In this document: positions 47,160 through 61,949 of the stretch, piece after piece | Layout: the number at the start of each line of letters is the position of its first letter | How positions within the stretch are numbered: position 1 is the stretch's first letter | Source: Chrysomallon squamiferum | Taxonomy: Eukaryota > Animalia > Mollusca | Assembly (NCBI GenBank): GCA_012295275.1 | Contig: CM022676.1 | Coordinates: forward strand, 11,966,001-12,030,000 | DNA length: 64,000 nucleotides | Direction of reading: 5' to 3' | The notes under the pieces: model-generated | Databases searched by the model: none | The model's input: only the letters and a program-made list of their open reading frames with translations | What the model was told of the DNA's origin: nothing | Position numbers and translations under genes: made by a program

Positions 47160-48949
47160 CTGACAAGAAAAACAGTAACAATGATAATGATGTTGATAAT
47201 GTTATATAACATACAATATTATGTAATATAAAATAAAATATAATGTAATACAATACAATATAATATAATATAATATAATAATAGTAATAATACTAATAGT
47301 AGTAGTAGTAATAGTAGTAGTAGTAACAGTAATAATAGAATACCTAGTGAGTATAGGTCTTTATTTCGTATACTACGATATTATCTCTACTACTACCAAT
47401 ACGACTATGTTTGTTACTACAATGATTACTTTTTCTTGTACTACTGCAATGTGTGTAAGTAATTACTGCGTAGACGACTACTACAGAGAAAAACAACAAC
47501 AACAGCTTTACAATGGAAACAGATACTGCACAATATTTATACACACACAGTCAAATCTAACAGACGTGAATAATAATATAAGATTTTTTATTTCTAATTT
47601 CTTTTCACTAATTTTTAAAAGTGATAACATTTTAGAAAAAAATACACAAGCAAACAAGCATACAGTCAAAAAATAAATAAATACATAAATAAATAAATAA
47701 AATAAAACAAATAGAAATGAAATGAAATGATGTCCTACCTTTCGTTCGCTAGTTCTGTTTACTAGATATCTGTGGCATGTTCAGAGTTACATATGTCTGT
47801 CATCAGCATATCAACCGTTATATATCTGTGTTTATATATATATATATATATATATGTATGCATGCATGCATGTATATATATCAACATGAACGTAAACAGA
47901 AACCTTCAGTTACGTTAATTTAATAAATAATTTCAGCTATATACTTGAATATTTAATTGATCTAGAGTTTACATACTTCAGATATATTTTTCATTTTGCT
48001 TTGTCTACTGAACAATTCACTTTTATCTCGCTTCATTTTCTAGAAAAAATCTAAACAAAGTAGCAATAGTACTGGCAGTCGTATGGTAATAATAGTAATA
48101 ATAGTAGTAATAGTAGTAATAGTATTAATAGTAGTTATTGCAGTAATAGTAGTAATAGTAGTTATTATAGTAAAAGTAGTAATAATAGTAATAATAGCAA
48201 TAATAGTAGTAGTAATAATAGTAGTAATAATAGTAGTTATAGTAATAATAATAGTAATAATAGTAGTAATAGTAATAATAGTAGTAATAATAGTAATAAT
48301 AATAGTAATAATAGTAATAATAATAGTAGTTATAGTAATAATAATAGTAACAGTAGTATGTAGTGGTAATAGCAGCCACAGTAGAAATAGTAGTAATAGT
48401 GCTAATAGTAGTAAGTAGAAATAGTAGTAATAGTAGTAATACAATTAATGATACTATGAAAAGTAATAATAATAGTAGTTTTAGTAAATTCAATGTTTTT
48501 CTGTTGTTTTTAATTTGATTGTATATTTATTTATTTATTCATCATCATCATCATCATCTTCTTCTTCTTCTTCTTCTTCTTCTTATTATTATTATTATTA
48601 CTATTACTATTATTATTATACTTTACTTTATTACATTTTATTTTATTCTTCTTATTTTAATTTTAATTTTTCTGAACGATTGGATAACCGTTTTTTATTA
48701 TTTAAATAGTGTTACTATATATATAAAAATATATATTATTTTAATGCTGCGAAAAAAATATGACTTTTAAAATAATATAAACAGTTTATATAACTGGTTG
48801 TCATACTGTAATCAAATCTGTATTTAACACACAGCTACTAACACGAGCAGACATACAGCTACAGAGATAGATACATGTGTGTGTGTGTTTTTACGTGCGT
48901 TCACAGGCTTTACTTCCACTGTCAACTGTCACGCATATAACTAAACAGG

Positions 48950-50230
48950 TATGATATTACACATACTGACATCTTACATACTGTGTTAAATAAAACATGA
49001 TATTACACATACTGACATCTTACATACTGTGTTAAATAAAACATGATATTACACATACTGACATATTACATACTGTGTTAAATAAAACATGATATTACAC
49101 ATACTGACATATTACATACTGTGTTAAATAAAACATGATATTACACATACTGACATATTACATACTGTGTTAAATAAACACGATATTACACATACTGACA
49201 TATTACATACTGTGTTAAATAAACACGATATTACACTTACTCACATATTACATACTGTGTTAAATAAAACATGATATTACACATACTGACATATTACATA
49301 CTGTGTTAAATAAAACATGATATTACACATACTCACATATTACATACTGTGTTAAATAAAACATGATATTATACATGCTGACATCTTACATACTGTGTTA
49401 AATAAAACACGATATTACACATACTGACATATTACATACTGTGTTAAATAAAACATGATATTACACATACTGACATATTACATACAGTAGTAAATAAAAT
49501 ATGATATTACACATACTCACATATTACATACTGTGTTAAATAAAACACGATTTTACATATACTGACATATTACATACTGTGTTAAATAAAACACGATATT
49601 ACACATACTCACATATTACATACTGTGTTAAATAAAACATGATATTACACATACTGACATATTACATACAGTAGTAAATAAAATATGATATTACACATAC
49701 TCACATATTACATACTGTGTTAAATAAAACACGATTTTACATATACTGACATATTACATACTGTGTTAAATAAAACACGATATTACACATACTCACATAT
49801 TACATACTGTGTTAAATAAAACATGATATTACACATACTGACATATTACATACTGTGTTAAATAAAACACGATATTACACATACTCACATATTACATACT
49901 GTGTTAATTAAAACATGATATTAGACATACTCACATATTACATACTGTATTAAATAAAACATGATATTATACATACTGACATATTACATACTGTATTAAA
50001 TAAAACATAATATTACAGATACTCACATATTACATACTGTGTTAAATAAAACATGATATTACACATACTCACATATTACATACTGTGTTAAATAAAACAT
50101 GATATTACACATACTCACATATTACATACTGTATTAAATAAAACACGATATTACACATACCGACATATAACAAACAGTAGTAAATAAAACTAAAACGATA
50201 TTACACATACTGACATAAAACATACAGTAG
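48950..50230. repeat. 46-bp minisatellite, inverted relative to the D-associated arrays
   Basis: Unit atgatattacacatactgacatattacatactgtgttaaataaaac, the reverse complement of the 41160-41780 unit. Confidence 0.95.
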
Positions 50231-50372
50231 TAAATACAGATAGTTACATGGGCAGAAGGATACATAGATAGACACATTCATAGACACATAAATATATATA
50301 TATATAAACAGATAGACAGATAGACAGATAGATTGAAAGTAAACTTATAGATAGACAGACAGACAGACAGAC

Positions 50373-50455
<83 letters not shown>

Positions 50456-50619
50456 GAATGAAAGAAAGATTGTTTCCATAATTTTAGTGATCATATATCT
50501 TTTTTGTATTAGAGGTACACAAAACCAGACAAATAAAAACATGAAAAACACAAAATACTGTTTGTTATATGTCAGTCTGTGTAATATCATGTTTTATTTT
50601 TATTTACTACTGTCCTACA

Positions 50620-50905
50620 TATCATATTTTATTTTTTACTTAATACTGTGTGGTATATGATATTCTGTGTGACGTCATATTTTATTTTTTACTTAATTCT
50701 GTGTGGTATATGATATTCTGTGTGACGTCATATTTTATTTTTTACTTAATTCTGTATGGTATATGATATTCTGTGTGACGTCATACTTTAGTTTTACTTA
50801 GTACTGTGTGGTATATGATATTCTGTGTGACGTCATATTTTATTTTTTACTTAATACTGTCTGGTATATGATATTCTGTGTGACGTCATACTTTAGTTTT
50901 ATTTA
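50620..50905. repeat. About 53-bp minisatellite 3' of gene F
   Basis: Unit tgtggtatatgatattctgtgtgacgtcatattttattttttacttaatactg, about 5 copies. Confidence 0.85.
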
Positions 50906-50913
50906 CTCGTTGT

Positions 50914-51574
50914 CTACTCTGTCTCAGTGACGTGTACAGTTTCACTCGTGTCGCCACCGTAAACTCCACATCTCCAGTCACTTTCGCCGTTTCCTTGAGA
51001 CGTCAGCTGGACGTAGTAAGTCCTGAACCCAGCAACCCTCTTCGTCCGCAGCCCACAGCGCAGTCTGGTTCGTCCTGTCAGTCTGGTCAGTGGGAAGCAG
51101 CGTCTGGACTCCTGGAGGAAAGATGCGTGAAACAGAAACGTGTTGGAACCTCGCGTTGTTCTGTAGAACGTCACAACGACTGAGACGAGTTTTGGTGTCT
51201 CTGCTGCACACATCAACTGATATTCCTTGTTCCGCCTCACCTGCTGGGCTGCAGTGTACAAAATTATTCCTTTTTAGGGACTGAAATATAAAATGTGTAA
51301 AAAAAATCAAATGTTTGTATCATTTTAACAGAACAAGGGTCAAATTGAATTAAATAAATGTTTCGACGTGATAGGTACGTGCTTTCTTATTTAATCCAAA
51401 TTATGTTTTTGTATTAGACTTTGAGAGTAGAAACCTACGTCGTGTTATGTTTCTTGTGATTTGTAATGACACCCTGTTTTTTTCAGTTCCTTTAAAATAA
51501 AATGTTTTTATTTTTATTTTGTATATTTGTTGTTTTTTTCATGTTGTACTATTATTATACTATAAATGTCATAC

Positions 51575-51607
<33 letters not shown>

Positions 51608-51676
51608 GTCATCTTACTCAGGCTGTCTTTCACAAATACAACCAAGGAGAAAAAAAATCACAGAAGACAACAGCAT
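50914..51676 (-). pseudogene. Single-Ig gene F (D-family paralog) with homopolymer indels
   Basis: Leader exon 51676-51618 is 59 nt versus 58 nt in D3, with the extra base in a T run. The Ig exon 51280-50914 begins with an out-of-frame A run that gives a TAA. The rest is an intact D-like domain (LMC..VTFYR..FLQ..C..CG..YYVQL..WRC..). Confidence 0.7.
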
Positions 51677-52615
51677 CTGTTAAAAATAGCAATAAATCAG
51701 ATATCATTTCACATTTGATCTCCATCTGTCTCCAGTATTCTACACAACTCGATATCCAGTTGAATACATGAGTCACAAAATGAAAACTATTTGACAGTTT
51801 TAAATATGCAGAATAGAAAGAAGTGTGATATGTAGAGAGAGAACTGTGATTACACAGCGAGTAAATATGAGAGAGTAGACAGTGAGTACTCAGTGAGTAG
51901 ATGTGAGAGTGTAGACAGTGAGTAGATATGAGAGTGTAGACAGTGAGTAGATATGATAGTGTAGACAGTGGGTACTCAGTGAGTAGATATCTGAGTGTAG
52001 ACAGTGAGTATCAAATGGAGTAGATATCAGAGTGTAGACAGTTATTACTCAGTGAGTAGTATGAGACTAAAGACACAGTGAGCAGACATTGTTGATTCAA
52101 GAGTTAGGAAGTGGTTGTTACTCAAAGAGCAGAAACAAATTCAATAATTAGACGAGTGACATATATATATATATATATATGCATAAATACACACACACAC
52201 ACACACACATACACACATATAAATCAAGAGAGTAGATGGTGTCACATACACAGCAGACAGAACTACAGACTGCGAGGCCGATATAACAAAAATACATTTT
52301 CAGATATCGACTACATAAAGAGTGGACAAACAGCTGTCAAGTGAAAGAAAAGAAACAGACATTAGTTCTACGAGTCTCAGTCAGAAATACCTGAATACAT
52401 GTATCGTTGTTTAAATACATCATAACGAAAGACAAAAGTAATGAAATATCGTGCCTTTCTTTCAACAGGCATGCTGTGATTGTTTTCATGGAGAAATGGC
52501 TGTTACTTATGTATATATATATATATATACATACATACATACATATCTGGATGTATGTATATGTAATTAACCGTCAGTCTGTCTCTGTGAATTTCATTGT
52601 TTGAATGTATGTATG

Positions 52616-52651
<36 letters not shown>

Positions 52652-52876
52652 AACTATGTATGTAAATGTAATCTTATCTTTCGAATAAATGATTAATATT
52701 TTGTTAAAGAATTATTATTGCTACTAATATTATTTCTAAATACTTTTTTATTTCATTTTTTATTTTTATTTTTATTTATTTGTTTAATTTGTTTGTATTC
52801 CAGTTACAAATAAGTTGACTCATGTTTCTGACATAACAAAAAAAATAAAAAAAAAAAAATAAAAAATAAAAAAAAA

Positions 52877-52916
<40 letters not shown>

Positions 52917-53365
52917 AAAATAAAATAAAATAAAATAAAATTATATATATGTCATCTTCTCTTTTGAATACATTTTTTTTATATTTTGTCATTATTATTA
53001 TTATTATTTTATTTGTATTTGTTTATTTATTCCAGTGTCTTCACTATGATAATGACAATCTCTAAAATAGGACATACACACTCATATATAGATACATACA
53101 TATATTACCATCAGTGTGATCATCATTATATTATTATTATTATTGTTATTGTTGTTGTTTACATAATTTCTCTGCTGCTATTATATATATATAGTATTTT
53201 GATATATTAATTCGCTGTAAAATTAGTTACCGAATATTTACCAAGTTAGGGGCTTAACGCTTTAAGTCGTAACAGACAGATATATATATATATATATATC
53301 AAACTTCGTGCATATTCGTTTAATTCCGAGAAAAGTGAAGGATTTAGAAAAGCTAGAAGTAAGAC

Positions 53366-53596
53366 AGATAAATGACAAGATTTAACGTCCACACACATGG
53401 ACAGGACTAGACTCTGGACAAGGCTCTGGGGTGACGTCTGTCATTCATGTTGCAGAGTCTGTTGAAGATCACAAAAGTTGTGATAAATGACAAGATTTAA
53501 CGTCCACACACATGGACAGGACTAGACTCTGGACAAGGCTCTGGGGTGACGTCTGTCATTCATGTTGCAGAGTCTGTTGAAGATCACAAAAGTTGT
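53366..53596. repeat. About 115-bp direct tandem duplication
   Basis: gataaatgacaagatttaacgtcc...gatcacaaaagttgt occurs twice. Confidence 0.85.
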
Positions 53597-53963
53597 GGGA
53601 ATCGTGCTGGCTATTTGTGGACCGGGGCTGGGGAAAGGTTAAAGGATGCTGAAGTCCGTTCGAGGAAACGACTGTCTGAATTAGCGAACGACTGCGTGGA
53701 TAACAACACACTCAGCATCATCAAAAATATAATATTATACTAATTTGACTTTTTCAAAGATTTTTTTTCTCAGAATATTTATGGTAGTTAACATCTCTAA
53801 TATTGCTTTTAGACGTGTGTCTGATCGTATAAATGTACACATGTGAATAAAAACTGCATGTGTGTGTATGTGTACGTATGTATATATGTATTTTATATGT
53901 ATGTATGTATATAAGCATGTGTGTATGTATACTTGTCGTGTTGGTTTTTACTTCTTTTTTTAA

Positions 53964-54835
53964 TCAGTGTACTTCAGTTTCTGTTTTAACAGTATAAACG
54001 TTGCTTTTTATTTCGCTGTGGAATTCTTCACACCACCAGTTTGTGAGGTCGCTTCCTAGAGGACCTTTGTCCTTCTCCACCTGCTCGATGACGAGTGTGT
54101 AGATCATGATCAGAGTGGAGCCGTCTTTCTTCAGCCTCTGACACGTCACAGAGTAACCTGGAGGCGGTTTGCTGTACAGGATGCACGTGAAGTTGAACTG
54201 AACCACGGACACGAAGCTGCTCGTGAACACCTTTCTTATCTCCTTGTAGAAAGAAACGAGGAACGTGTCGTCGTGGTCCTCGGCAAACACACACGACAAC
54301 GTGAACGGCTTGTGCAGCATCGCGACACCCGGCGAGCCAACAATCATCATCGTCTTCACTGGAAAACAAAGAGTAGCAACAACTTCAACAACAGCAAGCA
54401 ATGTGAATTTTACGTTACAAGTGATGTGAATTTTACGTTACACGTAATGTGAATATTACGTTACAAGAAAAGTGAATTTTACGTTACAAGAAAAGTGAAT
54501 TTTACGTTACAAGTAATGAAATTTACGTTACAAGTAAATGAATTTTACGTTACAAGTGATGTGAATTTTACGTTACAAGTAATATGACTTTTAACATACA
54601 GTAATGACAATTTTAAATTACAAATGATGTGACAGTTAACTTGCATGTGATGTTACTTTTAACTTACAAGTGGGGATGTGATTTTCGACTTACCAGTTAA
54701 ATTACGAGTGATAGCAGCATAGTCAATAGAACTGTCATTTTCAGATTTATCAGTCCTGTTATTTGTATCAGCACCAATCAGTCGAGTTTGTAGATACAAG
54801 AAACACACAACTCTCAAACAGAGCACTTGAAATAC
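53964..54835 (-). CDS. Secreted single-Ig-like-domain protein, gene G (start codon unresolved)
   Basis: Ig exon 54358-53964 (KTMMIVGS..FTLSC..VSFYK..VVQ..C..C..YTLVI..WWC..SN, TGA). Upstream exon 54835-54694 reads VFQVLCLRVVCFLYLQTRLIGADTNNRT..NLT-G|gtaagt. A further exon 55033-54980 ends in AT|gtaagt, but the split ATG is one base out of frame. Confidence 0.7.
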
Positions 54836-54843
54836 CTATAAAC

Positions 54844-54894
<51 letters not shown>

Positions 54895-54904
54895 TAATAA
54901 TAAT

Positions 54905-54938
<34 letters not shown>

Positions 54939-56266
54939 TGAACAGAATAAAGATAAGTACATTAAGTATATTTACTTACATTTTGTTGCAAACTCTCGGC
55001 TCACTAAACGAAATGGTGTTGTGTAGCTACAGTCTGTGAAAATAATACACGTTTTGTCAATAATGTATTCTCCAAAGCTATCTGACACCAACAAACAAAT
55101 CTGTTTATTTATTTATTTTTTATTTATTTATTCGTTGTTGTTTTTGTAATTTTCCCTCTTTTTTCTTTTTCTTTTCTTTTTTTTTTTTTTTTGTTTGTTT
55201 TTTTTTATTGATTTTTTTTTTGTTGTTTGTAGAAAAAATTGTTTAAAAATCATAATACTGGTTATTATGTCAAGAAGTAACTTAACGTATTTACACAATT
55301 AAATAGTAGTAGTCGTAGTAGTAGTAGTAGTAGTAGTAATAGTAGTAGTAGTAGTAAAAGTAATAATAGTAGTGGTACTAGTAACGTTATTATTATTATT
55401 ATTATTTTTATATTATTATTATTATTATTACCATCAACATTATTATTATTATTACCATCAACATTATTATTATTATTAAAGTTACTTAATAAAGAAACAA
55501 AAATAGATATAGAGGAGTATCGCATTTATTATTTGTATGAAAAAAGTTAAATATTCATGAAGGCTATTTACATCCACATCTGACACCAGTAAACGCTTCA
55601 TTTTTAAATATATTTTATTTATTACTACATCTATATCAGTGAGTGTGTGCGTGTGTGTGTGTGTGTTTAAAATTAAATTAAATTACATAAAAAATAATAA
55701 CAGCAATAATGTATAACATATATTTATGCCCGTGAGATCAAATTTAATATTTGAAATGGTATGTGTTCTCATTATTGCTATATTTTCGTTCTAGTTTCCA
55801 GTTCACATTTAAAGTAGTAAGACTTAGTTTCACATCTAAACTAGTAAGACTCTGTTTCACATTTAAACTAGTAGGTTTTTGTTTCACATCTAAACTAGTA
55901 AGAGTCTGTCACATTTAAACTAGTAGGACTGTTTCACATTTATGCATGCATGCATGTATGTATGTACGTATGTATGGATGCGTTTGTGTTTGTGTGTGTA
56001 TGTGTGTGTTTATGTGTATGTATGTATGCATGTATGTGTGTGTTTATGTGTGTTTGTATGTATGTATGTGTGTGTTTATGTGTGTATGTATGTATGTGTG
56101 TGTTTATGTGTATGTTTATGTGTATGTATGTATGTATGTATGTATATGTGTGTTTGTGTGTATGTGTGTGTTTATGTATGTATGTGTATGTATGTATGTA
56201 TGTGTATGTATGTATGTATGTATGTATGTATGTATGTATGTATGTATGTATGTATGTATGTATGTA

Positions 56267-56373
56267 TGAGAAAACCTTGTACAGAGCGTAAGAAGATTTT
56301 CCTTCAAAGTCTTCCAAATCAAGTCTCAGCTCGTACCTGCCTTGGCTGGTTATTCTGTGAAGATTTCAGATTC
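56267..56373 (-). pseudogene. Inverted, truncated copy of a fibrinogen-domain exon
   Basis: cctag|..[33 protein letters not shown] matches exon 61509-61673. It has an early TGA and is truncated by a (TACA)n tract. Confidence 0.85.
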
Positions 56374-56414
56374 CTAGGAAAAACAACTCGAATTAAAATA
56401 TCTACTGCTACAGA

Positions 56415-56459
<45 letters not shown>

Positions 56460-56779
56460 TTTCATTTGATATGAAATATATGCATATTTTTAAAAAGGTA
56501 TTTGTTTTGGAGTATGAGAAAAAAAGGAAAATGAAGAAAAAATAAATATAAAGGAAGGAAAGAATATTTGCTCTGGCGTCTGTTTTTTTTTTTGTTCTTG
56601 TGTTTTTGGTTTGGTTTTTGTTTGTTCATGGATCTGCTGACTGATTTTTGACAAACGTCTCCTGTGATGTCTGTTTAACAAGTTCCCGGCTTCGTTTGTC
56701 ATGTAAACTAAAGAAATGATAAAATTCAAATAATCCATATTCGATCTGTGTCTGTTTGTATGTACTATGCGACTCTCAC

Positions 56780-56884
<105 letters not shown>

Positions 56885-57542
56885 TCACACACACAGACTC
56901 ACACACACACAGACTCACACACACAGACTCACACACACACACACACACACATACTCTTACACTTACACACACCTACACACACATATAGGCACACAGGCAC
57001 ACAGACATACATAGGCAGACACACACACACACACACACAAACACACAGACTACGGTCATAAAAATAGCACGTACACCGATATAATTCATACATCTGTTGT
57101 TATTTTTTATTTTTTTATTTTTTTTTTTGAAAGCACAACTATTTCACATTTGGTCCATTTCAAAATTTTCATTTTGCTGTTCTAGATGTATTAAAAGTTT
57201 AATATTTAAACAAAATTAATGACCAGTAAGTTAAGCTAAGGAAGAATTTTAATTGCATGCAATGAACATGATATCCTGAGAATTTCATAGAGTTAGCTCG
57301 CTCTTTGAATGAAATATAAAACATTTAATGAACTCCGATCACAGCTTTTGTTTCAAGAAAGCTTGAAGCAATGAATCACAATTACTGACATTTTCCGAAC
57401 ATAAATCTGCCATTTATCCCTTATACTTCATTTATTTACTTATTTATTTAATCTAGTTAATTAGTTAGTTAGTTAGTTAGTTATTATTATAGTATTATTT
57501 TTACAGTTTTTCTTTTAAAAAAAAAAAATAAAAAAAAAATTC

Positions 57543-57578
<36 letters not shown>

Positions 57579-57723
57579 GTAACAGTAGTAATAGTGGCGG
57601 TAGTAGTAGTAGTAGCGGTAATGTTAGTCGTAGCAGTACTAGGAGTTGTGTTAATGATAATAGTGGTGATTGTAGTAGTTGCGGTGGTGGTAATGGTAGT
57701 GATGGTAGATAGCAATAGTAGTT

Positions 57724-57756
<33 letters not shown>

Positions 57757-58321
57757 ATAGTTTTTGTTTTTGTTGTTGTTGTTGGAATAGTGATAGTTTC
57801 AGAGCAGAACCAGCAGTAATGGTAGTAACAGTAGCAGTAGTAGTAGTAGTAGTAGTTGTATTAACAGTTGTTATGATTATGGTAGTTGTAGTAGCAGTGG
57901 TGATAGAGTAGTATGAGTAGCATCAGTTGTAGTTGTAGTAGTAATACTTGTTGTTGTAGTAAGAGCAGTGATAATGGTAATCATAGTAGTAGTTGTTGTC
58001 GTAGAAGTACTAGTAGCAGAGTCAACTGTAGTAGTGACAGTAGTAATACTAACAGTAGTGGTACAAATAGTAACGACAATAATGTGAAGTGATGACGTTG
58101 TATTGACGAAGTAAGTTCAGAAAAAGTACGTGAAGTCTAAAGTCTGCTGTTTTGTGACAGTTTTTCTTTAAGTGCCTTGTTAACGAGTTTTATTGATGTT
58201 CACACTCAGATCGTTACCAATGATTTTTAGGAGACACTTTGTAACAGTCTTTTTTGTTCTTATATATGTCTATATCTATCCGTCTATCTATCTATCTACC
58301 TATCTATCTATATATATACAC

Positions 58322-58402
<81 letters not shown>

Positions 58403-58613
58403 CAGATAATTGATAGATATTTATAGATATATGATATTCTGACAAACAAAACGATACAGGTTTGGAGAAGAATAAAACAAAAGATGTATCGAGTTTGATC
58501 CTTTTTCTATTTTTTGTTCAGCAGTGAGAACTCAGCGTCATTGTTGATGACGATAACGTCGAACCACTTTAACGTGGCCCATTGTTCTACTGTGACAAAA
58601 GTGATAAAAATTA

Positions 58614-58645
<32 letters not shown>

Positions 58646-58796
58646 GTCTCAGATAAACCGTCTGATCAGAAGACTTAACTGACCAGCCCCAGCTGCTTGT
58701 TCATCGCAATATTAACATATTTGTATATTGTTATTAAAGTATTTAAACTTTAGTTAGTGATTTGTAAGAACCAAAAAAAGTTTAAACTTTCTATCC

Positions 58797-60089
58797 ATGG
58801 ATGAAGAGAAATTTTTAACATCTTCGAAATGGAGAAAGGCGTGTTTGTGCATTCTGTTAGTGCTGTGGACTGCAGCCTCAGTGAGCTGTTCAGAAATCGC
58901 GTGCGGGGACAAAGCGTTTCGGCGCCTGTCGCAGTACGACAACGTGAAGCCAGCTGAGAGTTCCAACTTCGAGCTGCGCGAGACGAGCAAGCTGATGTGC
59001 GCGCTCACGTGCTACACGCACGCCACGTGCAGGTCGCTGTTTTACAAGCGCGACGCCGCGTCGTGTCTGATGTACACGTCGCCGATGTATTCCATGTTCT
59101 ACGTCGTGGACGCTGGCATGAGCGGTTACCGTAAGTTAACATGACGTAGTGTAAGTCAACATGACGTAGTGTAAGTCAGCATGATGTAGTGTAAGTCAGT
59201 ATGATGTAGTGTAAGTTAACATGACGTAGTGTAAGTCAGTATGATGTAGTGTAAGTTAGCATGACGTAGTGTAAGTCAGTATGATTTAGTGTAAGTTAAC
59301 ATGACGTAGTGTAAGTCAGTATGATTTAGTGTAAGTTAACATGACGTAGTGTAAGTCAGTATGATGTAGTGTAAGTCAGCATATCGTAGTGTAAGTCAGC
59401 ATGACGTAGTGTAAGTCAGCATGATGTACTGTAAGTCAGTATGATTTAGTGTAAGTCAGTATGATGTAGTGTAAGTCAGTATGATGTAGTGTAAGTCGGT
59501 ATGATGAAGTGTAAGTCAGTATGATGATTGGTAAATAAATATGATATATGGTACGTCAACAAGGCATGAACTGTAAATGAGCCCCATAGACAGTAAATTA
59601 GTCTCATATGAGATATGATCAGTTATTTATGGTATATGTAAGTCAGCATAATGTTCATGTACACCAACATCACATTCAGTAAATGAACATCAAACAGCAT
59701 AATATAGCATTTTCAGTAAGTCAACAGCAAGTATAACATGACAGATTAAAATCAGTAAGCCAACATTTATTTACTTATTTATTTAATCTAGTTAATTAGT
59801 TAGTTAGTTATTATTATTATTGTTATTATTATTATTAACACAGAAATAGCTCCGACTGTTCCTGCTGACTGTTATGACGTCATGGCATTAGGAAAGACAA
59901 ACAATGACATCTACATGATCTTCCCACGTGACCAAGGCGCATCAGTCAATGCATTTTGTGAAATAGACAGTGGCGGGTGGCTGGTACGTACATCACACAC
60001 ACACACACGCACACACACACACACACACACATAAAAGCACATACACACACACATATACACACGTAAACCTGTATATATTAACATATTAA

Positions 60090-60128
<39 letters not shown>

Positions 60129-61423
60129 ATTCGAAGATCTTTGTTGGCAGGTTATTCAGAGAAGAACTGACGGAACAGTAAATTTTGAGATGAATTGGAA
60201 AGACTACAGCAATGGATTTGGAAACTTGAAAACTGAGTTCTGGTTTGGTAAGTAATCATTTATTAATATTTTCATTTCTGTAGACTGAGACTTGCAGCAG
60301 CCCAAATATAAAACCTTCGTCCTGTGTGGATCAACCAAACTTTCTGTTAGTAAGAGAAAATGTTGTTGTTTTTCTAATCCTCGAATTATTAGCCATGCAT
60401 TTCATTATTTCATTTATTTATTTATTTATATATTTATTTATTTATTTATTTATTTTATTTATTTTATTTATTTATTTGTTTGTTTGTTTGTTTGTTTGTT
60501 TCTTTCTTTATTTATTTGTTTATGTAAAGATTTTTGATAATTATTTGTATTAGTGTATATTGAAAGGATGGATGGATGGATGGATGGATGGATGAATGGA
60601 TGGATGGATGGATGGATGGAGGAACATGTAGACGGAAGTGTGGAAGGACAGATGAATTAGTTAATGACTTGCACTGTGTCTAGATTGATCAGCGGCTAGC
60701 CACAGACATAGATAGAAGTAAAAAAAGACTTGCATATCGATAGATGTTTCGATTTTCCTCCAATACAAGGCTATCATGGTATTTCTTCATTTTATTTCTC
60801 TCTCTGTAAATGAAAAGACACTTTCCTTCCATTGTGAACGCTGGTGACAAGGCTGAAATGATCGACCAGTCGAACTTCAAATTGATTGAAACGACCAAAA
60901 AGAGAAACTGCGATGAAAATTAAAAACGTTTACTCATTGATTAATCCTTTCCACAGTTTGGAGAAACTCTTCACGTGCCTCTCGTAACTGGACAAAGATT
61001 GTCTCCTTTCTTTTATTTAACTGTTTTCTCACTTTCTGTCGACTGTTGGTGAATAATTGATTTTGTTGTCCTTTTTTCAAAACGTGGATTAATGATACAA
61101 ATATTTGTAATTCTACCTTTTGAGGTATACTGGGGGGTTTTGCACGTGGGTGAGCTTTTCATATATTTTAATTCTGTTTATTTATTTATTTATTTGTTAT
61201 TTTTTTTTAAACATACTTATTTGCTAATCAATAATAGATGGATTTATTTCAGTGTCATTTTATTTATTATTATTTATATATTTTTTAACAAAAAGTAAGA
61301 ATATAGAAAACACTCAGTATTTACTAAATCGTATTTGTTTATTTATTTTTTATTTATTTATTTATTTATTTACACTTTTGTTTCTTGCTTGTTTATTTAT
61401 TTTATGAATGTTTATTTACGTGT

Positions 61424-61458
<35 letters not shown>

Positions 61459-61778
61459 TTATTATTATTATATGTTTCATTCTTCTTTTCTTTTTTTAAA
61501 TTGTGCAGGAAATCGAAACCTTCACAGAATAACCAGCCAAGGCACGTATGAGCTGAGAATTGATTTGGAAGACTTTGAAGGAAAGTCTGCTTACGCTCTG
61601 TACAAGGTTTTCTCAGTCGCTTCAGAAGAAGAAAACTTCAAACTGACAGTCAGTCAGTACAGCGGAACAGCTGGTAAGTTGTTTTCGTCAACGAATTCCC
61701 AGCAATTTACTCCGTTGCGAGATTTCAACTCCACTTTGCTAAACTTGACCCTGTCACTACAACTCCATACATAGTCAT

Positions 61779-61810
<32 letters not shown>

Positions 61811-61882
61811 TATCTGTACATGTATACATCTTTATCTTTGTATGTATTTATCTATTTATTTATCTATCTATCTATCTATCTA

Positions 61883-61949
<67 letters not shown>

